DNA of 64,000 nt from Nitrososphaerales archaeon (GTDB lineage Archaea; Thermoproteota; Nitrososphaeria; Nitrososphaerales; JACPRH01), in the NCBI GenBank assembly GCA_030745655.1, contig JASLOE010000001.1:5351-69350 (forward strand). Reading direction: 5' to 3'. The notes beneath the pieces were generated by a model, which was given only the letters and a program-made list of their open reading frames with translations, was not told where the DNA came from and ran no database searches. Position numbers and translations under genes: made by a program. This document shows, in pieces, positions 20,458-29,341 of this stretch; position 1 is the first letter of the stretch; the number at the start of each line of letters is the position of its first letter.

Positions 20458-21147
20458 ATGTTCAATCTTAAAACACCAGAAAATATTGAGTCACTTCCCA
20501 AGAATATAGTGAAGAAAATTAACAAAAGAATCAAATATGTTAATGATGGAATTTCTAGAATTGAGAAAGCAACAGGAATTACTTACCCACCATATAATAT
20601 TAGGCCAGTGATAATTTTATCAGAAAGTGAGGTTGAATTAGGACAAAGAGGGGTAATATATGCAAGAGTTATTCCAGAAGAAGGGCCAGCTGGTCTTCTT
20701 ATTTCGGTTGAGCTCTCGGCACCTTTAGTTGCATTTGGATTAAAGGGAACAATACAAGCTGTTTTGGCACACGAATTCATGCATTATGTGGAACTTGTAA
20801 GGAAATTTACTACTTTAGATATTCTTTCAGATGAAACTGTAGGTACATTACACGAAACTATTTACTCAGATTACGAGAGATTATACGAACCCAAATGGCT
20901 TTTCCAAGATAGAGGACTAATAAGACTTCTCAATAACAGATTTCTTGATGGACTTGTAGATGATAAATTAAATAAGAATACGTTAAAAAAATGGGTAGAG
21001 AAGGGTCTCCCTTCTGTAACTCTACCTCCAGATGCAAATGTTGTTAGAATTCCCATTGCCGCAATACTAAAAACTAATTTCGACCCGTTGCTAAAGAATA
21101 GGCTTGAAGAACTTGAAAAGATAAGGGCCGTAGATAATGCAAAATAA
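20458..21147 (+). CDS. Uncharacterised HExxH (zincin-like) protein
   Basis: AVLAHEFMHY motif, no signal peptide; overlaps the next gene by 11 nt. Confidence 0.75.
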   Translation: MFNLKTPENIESLPKNIVKKINKRIKYVNDGISRIEKATGITYPPYNIRPVIILSESEVELGQRGVIYARVIPEEGPAGLLISVELSAPLVAFGLKGTIQAVLAHEFMHYVELVRKFTTLDILSDETVGTLHETIYSDYERLYEPKWLFQDRGLIRLLNNRFLDGLVDDKLNKNTLKKWVEKGLPSVTLPPDANVVRIPIAAILKTNFDPLLKNRLEELEKIRAVDNAK

Positions 21148-22789
21148 ATCAGGTAAAAAAGGGACACTCAGTAAAACGGATACAGAAACATTACTCAGAA
21201 TATCAAAAGAGATATCTTCTAAAAAAACGATTATAGGTGTTGCAGCGTATGGTTCTCAAGTAGCTAATTATGCAACAGAAGATAGTGATTATGATATAAT
21301 TGTTGTGTTAGATAATTATAGTCCTAAAGTAAAATATCGTTACATTAAGGGAGAATTAGAAATATCGGCGCTTCTTGTTGATAAGGAATCAATATTAGCT
21401 GATGCCCAAAAGGCATCTCTTGGAGAATTTGTTGCAGGTAGATTACTTAACATATACTTACCCATTAAAGGTAAAAAATTCTTCAAAGAAGTTGAAAATA
21501 TTATTAAAAAAAGAGTGATAGCTGAATCACTAAATGAGATTGGATCATCTCTGGGTGAATTTTCACAAGAAATATTAATTCCAGTGGAATATTTTCTATA
21601 TGATAAACTCAAGAAACGTTCTTCGATTTATCCTCCTGTTCTTTATAGTTACGCCAAAACTTATGGGGATGAGTTAAGGGCTAAAAACACAGAAGCAGCT
21701 TGTCCAGGATTTCTGGTTGCATTGAAAGACCTAGAATCTAAGAAGTTAATTACTCTGAAAGATGGGTTAGTAAGAATAAAAGATAGTAAATCCAAAGGGT
21801 GGACGACTATTTTTTCAGGAATAATCAAACATACACAAAGAGGGCTAACCCAATATGCTGTCCACGGTTATGCTGGAACAGTTGGTCTCAACATCATAAG
21901 TAAAGAATTGATGTCCAAAATATCTAGAGCAAAGAAGGGATATGAGGTCCCAGAAGTGATAAGAAATCCAAAGTCTCTTTGGAGGCTAAGTGAAGGTGAT
22001 CTTATCGTAGAGGAAGAAGAATGGTTACAGAAAGTTTTTGAACATTTTCAGTTAAAAGGAGATGTTATAACGAATAAGGATAGTATTGGAGATATCTATT
22101 CCTCTTCAAAAGTATATTCTGCTAGCGATAAAGAACAAAATGTAAAGTTCATTGTGAAAAGATTTGTAGACATAAAAGCGATGAAGTGGATTGTTTTGAA
22201 TATCTGGGCATTAATGTCAAAGAGATTCGACATGAGTCCCATATCTAGGCTTTCTAGAGAGTATTCTTCTTTGAAAGAAATTCGAGAAATTGGTCTAAAT
22301 ACACCAAGGGTTTTGTTAGTTGCATTTAATCAAAGAATACTCGTAACTGAATTCATAGAAGGTTCAAATTTGGGAGAGATACTTTCAAAGGTTTTCAAAG
22401 GAGAAAAAAATATGATAAAATACATTAGAATTTATGGAGAAGAATTAGGAAAAGTACATAAATCTGGGTACACACTTGGAGACACTAAACCAAGCAATTC
22501 TATTCTTTCAAAAGGTAAGATATTCTTAATTGATCTTGAGCAAGCTGCAAAGAATGGGGATAAGAGCTGGGATATAGCTGAATTCATTTATTATTCATCA
22601 AAACTTACTTTGGATACTAACGCTGCAAAACAATTGGTTGGAGAATTTCTGGACGGATACTTAGAATATGGTGATAATAAATCTGTAAAAGATGCTCATA
22701 AACTGAAGTATCTTGCTCCATTTCAACCAATAATAGCACCAAATGTTGCTGCAGCAGTTAGAAAAGTAATGAAGAAACGAGCAGAATAA
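21137..22789 (+). CDS. Pol-beta-type nucleotidyltransferase fused to a Bud32/RIO/Kdo-like kinase
   Basis: N-terminal YGSQ...DSDYDIIVV; C-terminal IVKRF, LSREY, VTEFIEG, LGDTKPSN, LIDLEQA. Confidence 0.85.
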   Translation: MQNKSGKKGTLSKTDTETLLRISKEISSKKTIIGVAAYGSQVANYATEDSDYDIIVVLDNYSPKVKYRYIKGELEISALLVDKESILADAQKASLGEFVAGRLLNIYLPIKGKKFFKEVENIIKKRVIAESLNEIGSSLGEFSQEILIPVEYFLYDKLKKRSSIYPPVLYSYAKTYGDELRAKNTEAACPGFLVALKDLESKKLITLKDGLVRIKDSKSKGWTTIFSGIIKHTQRGLTQYAVHGYAGTVGLNIISKELMSKISRAKKGYEVPEVIRNPKSLWRLSEGDLIVEEEEWLQKVFEHFQLKGDVITNKDSIGDIYSSSKVYSASDKEQNVKFIVKRFVDIKAMKWIVLNIWALMSKRFDMSPISRLSREYSSLKEIREIGLNTPRVLLVAFNQRILVTEFIEGSNLGEILSKVFKGEKNMIKYIRIYGEELGKVHKSGYTLGDTKPSNSILSKGKIFLIDLEQAAKNGDKSWDIAEFIYYSSKLTLDTNAAKQLVGEFLDGYLEYGDNKSVKDAHKLKYLAPFQPIIAPNVAAAVRKVMKKRAE

Positions 22790-22799
22790 TTACATTATT

Positions 22800-23090
22800 T
22801 TACTGTTTGAATTGAGTATAACCACATTTCCCACATGTATCTCTGTCATGATGTTCAGAGAGAAACACACCTTTTCCACAACGTGGACAGTCTTTCTTTA
22901 ACTTTTTCAGTTGGTCTCCTTCAATCTTATAAAATTTCCAAACTTGTGTACTAGGCTTTATTTTTTTGACTTGTCTCTCTTTATGAGGTTTGGCAACTGG
23001 TTCAGCTTCTTCAGGTGTTTCTTCTATTTTTTCAGATTCAGTCGCAATTTCTTCTAATTCTTTAGATTCTGTGGTCTTTTCTTTCGACAT
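22800..23090 (-). CDS. rps27ae: 30S ribosomal protein S27ae (eS31) with acidic N-terminal extension
   Basis: YKIEG...CPRCG...DRDTCGKCGYT zinc ribbon. Confidence 0.95.
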   Translation of the reverse strand: MSKEKTTESKELEEIATESEKIEETPEEAEPVAKPHKERQVKKIKPSTQVWKFYKIEGDQLKKLKKDCPRCGKGVFLSEHHDRDTCGKCGYTQFKQ

Positions 23091-23092
23091 AA

Positions 23093-23593
23093 TTATTCCT
23101 GCTTTTGTTCTTCTGTTGCTTCAGATGGTGCTTTGGGTTTCACTAGTTCATCTTTTGTATCTTCAGATGAATGGGTAGTTGATTTGGATTCTAATTCTTC
23201 CTTTGAAGTTTTTTCTGTATCTTCAGTTGAAGATGTTTTGTCAACTTCTTGGATGGGTTCAGCTTTCTCTTCACCGGTATTTTTTGAAGGAGTTTTAGAT
23301 TTTTCGGATTTAGGTGTTACAGGTTTATTCCTTGTCAATATATAATCAGAAATATCTTTTTTTGCATTATTATCGTTATCATAAATATAAAACAAACCTT
23401 TAGCATCGCGCGAACCTGATTCACCATCAATGGAAACAACAAAAACTTTCTCGTCAGTGATCTTTATCTTTTTAGACAAAGCCTGGATAGCATCATTACG
23501 ATTGAAACTACCATATGAATCTCTAAATATACACTCTACTTCTCTACGACCTACAAGTAAATTCTCAATATCGCGATTAATCTCAATATCCAT
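23093..23593 (-). CDS. rps24e: 30S ribosomal protein S24e with charged C-terminal tail
   Basis: NLLVGRRE N-terminus; conserved position between DUF359 and S27ae. Confidence 0.85.
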   Translation of the reverse strand: MDIEINRDIENLLVGRREVECIFRDSYGSFNRNDAIQALSKKIKITDEKVFVVSIDGESGSRDAKGLFYIYDNDNNAKKDISDYILTRNKPVTPKSEKSKTPSKNTGEEKAEPIQEVDKTSSTEDTEKTSKEELESKSTTHSSEDTKDELVKPKAPSEATEEQKQE

Positions 23594-23653
23594 TTAGCTG
23601 CACTCAAAACCTCCAAAATCCGCGGTATATTAATACCTTGCCAATAAAATACA

Positions 23654-24166
23654 TCACAGATAAATTCCCATCATATTTAGCATCGTAATAACAGATTTCC
23701 TAATTTCTAGATCTAGACAATTAAAAACTAATCCAATTCGAGGCTGTCCGTAGACCACAATTGTACCTATGGGGTATGACGCCATAATAGGAAGTGCAAG
23801 AAGGTCCTCTTCACCATCGACAAATATCCTAACAGGCATTTTTGCAGATAGAGCATCTGAAACGGCTTGCAAAGACTCTTCAGTTAGACAACTGTGGGGA
23901 TTTTTTACTTTAATCAGGCTTTCATAATTGGATTTGGGAAGTTTCCGTGCGATTCTCATTTCACGACCATCAACTACTTCGATGTTTGGGATGAATCCAA
24001 GTGAAAGAAGTGTTTCAGTTGTAGCATCTCCTACGGCTACTATTAGAGCCTTAGATACAAATTCTCCTTTGAGATTGTTAGTGTTCACCTTTGAGTTCTT
24101 GATGAGTTTACCTGAAGGATGTTTTAACCTATCTCGCAAAATCTTTGGAAGTGAGTATACCTTCAT
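23654..24166 (-). CDS. GTP-dependent dephospho-CoA kinase (DUF359)
   Basis: VAVGDATT, VVDGR, VDGEEDLLAL, YGQP. Confidence 0.9.
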   Translation of the reverse strand: MKVYSLPKILRDRLKHPSGKLIKNSKVNTNNLKGEFVSKALIVAVGDATTETLLSLGFIPNIEVVDGREMRIARKLPKSNYESLIKVKNPHSCLTEESLQAVSDALSAKMPVRIFVDGEEDLLALPIMASYPIGTIVVYGQPRIGLVFNCLDLEIRKSVITMLNMMGIYL

Positions 24167-24216
24167 TTTTTAGAATGATTGAAAACAATAATATTTCAGT
24201 ATTACCAATAGTAAAC

Positions 24217-24405
24217 TTAGCTTACTCTAAGTGCATATCTTCCCGACTTTAAGATACCAAGTGATTTGGCTACTTCTGACTTCTCAGGCTCAAGAATAAT
24301 AATAAGTCCTGACCAATCTTTACTAAGGTCAGTAGAGTTGCAAGATGGACAGATTTTACCACTGGCTAAACTCTTACATTTTCTGCAAGCAAATTGACGG
24401 ACCAT
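24217..24405 (-). CDS. spt4: Transcription elongation factor Spt4 (RpoE'')
   Basis: ACRKC...CPSC...WSGLIII...SEVAK...GRYALRV. Confidence 0.95.
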   Translation of the reverse strand: MVRQFACRKCKSLASGKICPSCNSTDLSKDWSGLIIILEPEKSEVAKSLGILKSGRYALRVS

Positions 24406-24417
24406 TTTTTTAATTAC

Positions 24418-24996
24418 CTACTTTTTCTTTGGAGTTTCAACACTCTTTTTCGACTTGTCGATATCATCAGCTATCCATTCAAGAGCACCAAGGTAAGGCT
24501 GTCTACAAGTAACTCCTATTTTCCCCATAGAAGCTCCGCGACCTAGACTTACAGCAGTTATCCTAACCCGAAGTTTTGAACCGACCTTCAATGTTCTTTT
24601 ACTTTGACTTGCTAGAATGATACCCTGTTTCACATCACTTGTAAGATAATCGTCAGTTATCTGTGATAGATGAAGCAATGCATCAGTGGGCCCTATTCTT
24701 ACGAAAGCACCAAAATCAGTTATTTCCACAACTTCACCCTCAACTATCTCTTGGAGCATTGGAAAAAATGATAAAACTGAGAATTTAACTTTATGATATC
24801 TTGCACCATCACCAGGAATTATTTTACCAACAGGATCCATATTTACATCAGTTACCTGAATAATATACCCCATATCTGAGTTGATAGTACTTTCATATTT
24901 CGTTCTTAAAACTTCAAGTGCAACCTTCTTTAGTTTACTCCCAAACTTATCTGGAGAAACTCTGACAACATCAATTCTTTGTTCTATCTGAAACAA
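24418..24996 (-). CDS. rpo7: RNA polymerase subunit Rpo7 (E')
   Basis: GKIIPGDG and S1 domain DFGAFVRIGPTDALLHLSQ. Confidence 0.95.
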   Translation of the reverse strand: MFQIEQRIDVVRVSPDKFGSKLKKVALEVLRTKYESTINSDMGYIIQVTDVNMDPVGKIIPGDGARYHKVKFSVLSFFPMLQEIVEGEVVEITDFGAFVRIGPTDALLHLSQITDDYLTSDVKQGIILASQSKRTLKVGSKLRVRITAVSLGRGASMGKIGVTCRQPYLGALEWIADDIDKSKKSVETPKKK

Positions 24997-25072
24997 TCAA
25001 TAATGTCTCCTAATCATTGGGGTACGAAATAGCTTTAGTTAAGAACCTTTTGTTGATTCATATTCTAAGAAT

Positions 25073-25498
25073 CTATGTTTTTTCTACAGCCAGTAGATTT
25101 CCTTTACGGAAAACTACTGTAATCCCAGATACCTTAAGTTGCTTCCTCAAATTAGAATCCAAAGTTGCAACTGAAGCTCTTCTTGACACTGCACAATTCA
25201 TTATTTTATCATCAACATTTTCACCTTCATCAAATGAAATATTCTTCAATCCTGAAGCAAAGTCCAAAGCACTTTTAGCGAACTTAGCACGCTTTGGAGA
25301 AGAATTTCTGCTTAAACCATGTAATTCATTAATAACGGCATCTAAAACCACAAGATCTACTTTACCAAAAAATTCTTGTAATTGTTCCAATCGTTGCGAG
25401 GGAGTAGAAACAGCGAATATCAGAAAACTTGAGTCTAGAAGTAATTCCACTATACTCGGCTCGGCTATATTATTATTCCAGAACCAATGAGACGCCAT
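25073..25498 (-). CDS. PIN domain protein (start uncertain)
   Basis: LLDSSFL, VINEL, VDD, VATLD; usual position between aIF2-gamma and rpo7. Confidence 0.8.
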   Translation of the reverse strand: MASHWFWNNNIAEPSIVELLLDSSFLIFAVSTPSQRLEQLQEFFGKVDLVVLDAVINELHGLSRNSSPKRAKFAKSALDFASGLKNISFDEGENVDDKIMNCAVSRRASVATLDSNLRKQLKVSGITVVFRKGNLLAVEKT

Positions 25499-26724
25499 CT
25501 ATCAGCTATCCGTCGAGTAACTGCAACCCTATTTCCAAGTGCAGCACAAATTGGTCTCTTAAGGTTCACTGAGATTATATCTCCATTTATTGATCCAACA
25601 GGTCCTAACGTTACCGCTGTTCCTATATTCAAACGCAAAACCTCACCTTTTCGTATCTTTTCTACTTTCATCATTTCTGGAGCTCCCACGGCTTTATCAA
25701 GGAGTTGAGTCTCAATTTTGAGTGAACTATGTACAGGTGGCAGCTCATTTGGAAGTCCAACTACAGATCCAAGGAGGTTATCTGCTCTTGTGATAGATGG
25801 ATCCAATGTTGTGCCTAAAGCAATTAATCCTCCTGTTTTAACATTTTTTACCAACCCAACACTTGTTCCTAAACTTGCGATAGTTGTTTTAATAGCATTA
25901 TATTTCTTAGTTTTTTCATCTAGAAGACCAGGTTTAAGAACAATTTCTTCACCAACATTGAATTCTCCTTCAATTAGGGTCCCACCAATTACCCCTCCTC
26001 GAATTTGGGTAATGTTCATGCCGGGTCGATTCACATCAAATGACCTTAGAGTCTGCATTAGTGGTTTCTTTTTTGTTTTTGTTAATGGGGTAGGGATGGA
26101 TTCTTCAATTGCCCCTATTAATGCATCTAAATTCAATTTGTGATGACCAGATACAGGAATAATAGGAGCATTTTCAGCGACAGTTCCCTTTGCAAACTTC
26201 TGAATAGCTTTATAGTTTCTTTCAGCTTCTTGATTAGTTACAAGGTCTAATTTGTTCTGCGCTATTACAATATGTTTCATTCCTAGCATCTGAAGACTTA
26301 GAAGATGCTCCCGTGTTTGAGGTTGAGGGACATCTTCATTTGCAGCTATAATTAGTATTGCACCATTCATAACAGCTGCACCCGAAAGCATAATCGCCAT
26401 GAGACTTTCATGTCCCGGTGTATCTACAAAACTAACTACCCGAGACAATTTTGCTTCGTTTCCGCATTTAGGGCAAGATGATGTAGTTGAGTAATTTTCA
26501 GGTGGATTACATTTACCACATTTGTAAAATGCTGCATCAGCATATCCCACCTTTATGGTGATACCACGTCGTAATTCTTCACTATGCGCAGATGTCCATA
26601 CACCAGTTATTCCTTCAACTAGCGTAGTTTTACCGTGGTCTACGTGACCAATAGCACCAATATTTACTTCAGGTTGGTGGGGTAATCTATTTCTTTTGAG
26701 CATGGTGCTATCCTTGGCTGTCAT
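25465..26724 (-). CDS. eif2g: Translation initiation factor 2 gamma subunit
   Basis: GHVDHGKT, RGITIKVGYA, DTPGHE, PQPQTREH, NKLD, WRLIGSG. Confidence 0.97.
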   Translation of the reverse strand: MTAKDSTMLKRNRLPHQPEVNIGAIGHVDHGKTTLVEGITGVWTSAHSEELRRGITIKVGYADAAFYKCGKCNPPENYSTTSSCPKCGNEAKLSRVVSFVDTPGHESLMAIMLSGAAVMNGAILIIAANEDVPQPQTREHLLSLQMLGMKHIVIAQNKLDLVTNQEAERNYKAIQKFAKGTVAENAPIIPVSGHHKLNLDALIGAIEESIPTPLTKTKKKPLMQTLRSFDVNRPGMNITQIRGGVIGGTLIEGEFNVGEEIVLKPGLLDEKTKKYNAIKTTIASLGTSVGLVKNVKTGGLIALGTTLDPSITRADNLLGSVVGLPNELPPVHSSLKIETQLLDKAVGAPEMMKVEKIRKGEVLRLNIGTAVTLGPVGSINGDIISVNLKRPICAALGNRVAVTRRIADRWRLIGSGIII

Positions 26725-26766
26725 TAATTAATGACGAAGAAAGGAGGGTAATTAATATTGCGGAAT

Positions 26767-27336
26767 CTAAGCTGTTTCTTTTTCTGAAGGAGAAGTTTCC
26801 TTTGGTTTCTCAGTTATTTTCATTTTCTTTTCTTCAGCAGAGACAGATTTCTTTTCTGATGACTCATTATCTTGCTTTTTCTTTACTTTTTCCTTCAGTA
26901 TTTCCTTTGATTCACCTTCTTTCTTAGGAATATCTTCATCTTTTTTAATGTCAGGGGATACCTCTTTTTCCTTCGCTGGAGACTTTTTAGTCGGTTTACT
27001 TGTAAGAAGTGCATTTATCTGATAAATTTCTTCTGTAATAGTATTGCCCCTAACCAATTTCCTTCGCTTTAACCCTTTCACAGTGGACCTAAATCCCACT
27101 CCCTTTGTAAGAAGCACATATTTCTTAACGCCACCTAGAACATCATTTCTCATTGGGAAACCCCCATGGTCACTGCCCCCAGTTATCGTAAGCTTACCTT
27201 CAACATTTACAGGTGAACCATCGATATCACTACCAATCTTTAAGCCCTTAAAGACTCTAAACTGGTCATCAGTAAGTTCATACATAATGGATTTACCATT
27301 TTTTGGGTCTGCGACTATTAGTTTTGATTTTGCCAC
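26767..27336 (-). CDS. rps6e: 30S ribosomal protein S6e with Lys/Glu-rich C-terminal tail
   Basis: ITGGSDHGGFPMR, RRKLVRGN, QIN. Confidence 0.95.
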   Translation of the reverse strand: MAKSKLIVADPKNGKSIMYELTDDQFRVFKGLKIGSDIDGSPVNVEGKLTITGGSDHGGFPMRNDVLGGVKKYVLLTKGVGFRSTVKGLKRRKLVRGNTITEEIYQINALLTSKPTKKSPAKEKEVSPDIKKDEDIPKKEGESKEILKEKVKKKQDNESSEKKSVSAEEKKMKITEKPKETSPSEKETA

Positions 27337-27458
27337 GTGAATTCGACCTCACTAACTTATTTGTTCTGCTAATAAGTATTTTTCATTAGTTCAGTAGTAT
27401 GGTTTCCATAGTAGAAGTAAAAGATTCATAATAATTCATATCAATCAAATAAATTTTA

Positions 27459-28328
27459 TTACGAACATGCCAAGACTATGTTATCAATAGAATCCGGTAG
27501 TGTAACAGATGTTGTATAATACGGATGATAAGATGGTGTTTCAATCCAATGATAAATAAGTGCTAGAGCATATATGTCGAGTGTTGAAGGACAAAGTTTT
27601 TTTTCTCTAACTTCACTTTTCTCTTTTTCAAAATACATCAAATCATTCTCATTTGAGCTATGATTCAATCCTAGTACATGTCCTAGTTCATGTGTCATTA
27701 CATTTTGCATTCCTAATAAACTAAGATCTGATAATGCTATATCGATTGTTGCTGTTTTGATCGAATTGATATTAGATATCTCTAATACTGTTTCTCCAAG
27801 TAGTGAATCGTGAAGAGTTTCTTCAAAGTTAATCTGAATATCTATGTCGCCTTGAGGTAGAGTGTTATTTACACCTTGAATATAAACTGAAAAAACTATA
27901 TCCCCCAGATATTTATATTCTGGATGAATATTGATAAATTCTGAAATTGATCTTTGCCACTGATTGATGGCGTTTTTTATTGCATCAATCACCGAATAAT
28001 CAACTTCAATATTAAGCGTCTCCTGAAGATTAATTAGAATCTTAAGATGTGTATGACCCCATGAAGCTGCCCGGTTATTATTAACATAAACTAAATTAAT
28101 CGAATCAATCTCAGACGAAGCTGAAGGATTTGGAATATCAACAGTAGAAATAGTTGTTATTGTAATGGTTGTAGTATTGATTATGACGGTGGTAGAAGTT
28201 TTAGTGGTGGTATCGGTTACAAAAAGAGTATTAGTGATTGGCTCATAGAACTGCATTTGCATTATTACTGGAATGCTAATTGCTACAATTGCCGCTACAA
28301 TGATCAGTATGGCGAAATTATTTTTCAA
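27459..28328 (-). CDS. Membrane-anchored matrixin (M10-like) metalloprotease
   Basis: N-terminal TM helix, Thr-rich stalk, HELGHVLGLNH, Met-turn DLMY. Confidence 0.85.
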   Translation of the reverse strand: MKNNFAILIIVAAIVAISIPVIMQMQFYEPITNTLFVTDTTTKTSTTVIINTTTITITTISTVDIPNPSASSEIDSINLVYVNNNRAASWGHTHLKILINLQETLNIEVDYSVIDAIKNAINQWQRSISEFINIHPEYKYLGDIVFSVYIQGVNNTLPQGDIDIQINFEETLHDSLLGETVLEISNINSIKTATIDIALSDLSLLGMQNVMTHELGHVLGLNHSSNENDLMYFEKEKSEVREKKLCPSTLDIYALALIYHWIETPSYHPYYTTSVTLPDSIDNIVLACS

Positions 28329-28444
28329 ACATTAAACGTCCAATTCAAACAGAATTAAATTTTTTGTAGGATATAATTTAAACATAAGATAAAAGATGGT
28401 TTAAGGGGGAACAATATTTTGTGGTGTACTTCTTGACTGTAATT

Positions 28445-29341
28445 ATGAGTGCCAAAGAACTTTTTCAACAACTTTTAGAGGAAGTTAGGCAAGATGTCAA
28501 GATTCTACAAGAAAAGAAGGGTATAACTCCTGGATTAGCTGCAATTCTTGTAGGAGATGACCCAGTTTCTCAGGTTTACGTATCTTTAAAGGAGAAAGAT
28601 TGTGGAAAAGTAGGAATAAAATCTACAGTTTATCGAATGTTTGATTATCCCCCTGAGACAAGGAATAAGAAAGTTTTAGACCTCATTATGAAGCTAAATA
28701 ATGACCCTGAAACTCATGGAATACTTATCCAATTACCTTTTCCAAATTTCGTTGATAAAGAGAAAGTCTTTGAAACACTTTCTCCACAAAAAGATGCAGA
28801 TGGGCTTACACCACATAATATGGGTAAGCTTCTTCTTGGTGAATATAGTATGGAAAGCGGTTTAATTCCGTGTACTCCAAAAGGGTCGATGGCAATATTA
28901 GACCACTTTAATATTGACGTGACAGGAAAAGATGCAATAATTGTTGGTAGAAGTGCTCTTGTAGGAGAACCCCTCCGAAAATTACTTCAAGATAAAAATG
29001 CTACTGTAACTTGTACTCATAGAAAGACAAAGAACCTATTAGAAAGATTAAGAAAAGCAGATATTATTGTAGCCGCTGCTGGAAGACCTCCAGAATTGTA
29101 TCAAGAAAATGCTTTTCGACTTTCAGCAGATATGGTTAAAGAAGGAGTAATTGTAATCAGTATAGGTGTCAGAAGAGATCCCGCAACAGGCAAACTTGTT
29201 TTCGATATTGATTTTGAAGATGTGAAAGAGAAGGCTGGATATATAACACCGAACACGGGAAGCACTGGGATTATGACACGAGGTATGCTTCTTAAGAATA
29301 CAATAATTGCAGCAAAAAATATTACCAGTCAAAAAGCATAA
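28445..29341 (+). CDS. folD: Methylenetetrahydrofolate dehydrogenase/cyclohydrolase
   Basis: PGLAAILVG, YVSLK, GILIQLP, KDADG, PCTPKG, GRSALVG. ATG 28445 preferred. Confidence 0.92.
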   Translation: MSAKELFQQLLEEVRQDVKILQEKKGITPGLAAILVGDDPVSQVYVSLKEKDCGKVGIKSTVYRMFDYPPETRNKKVLDLIMKLNNDPETHGILIQLPFPNFVDKEKVFETLSPQKDADGLTPHNMGKLLLGEYSMESGLIPCTPKGSMAILDHFNIDVTGKDAIIVGRSALVGEPLRKLLQDKNATVTCTHRKTKNLLERLRKADIIVAAAGRPPELYQENAFRLSADMVKEGVIVISIGVRRDPATGKLVFDIDFEDVKEKAGYITPNTGSTGIMTRGMLLKNTIIAAKNITSQKA

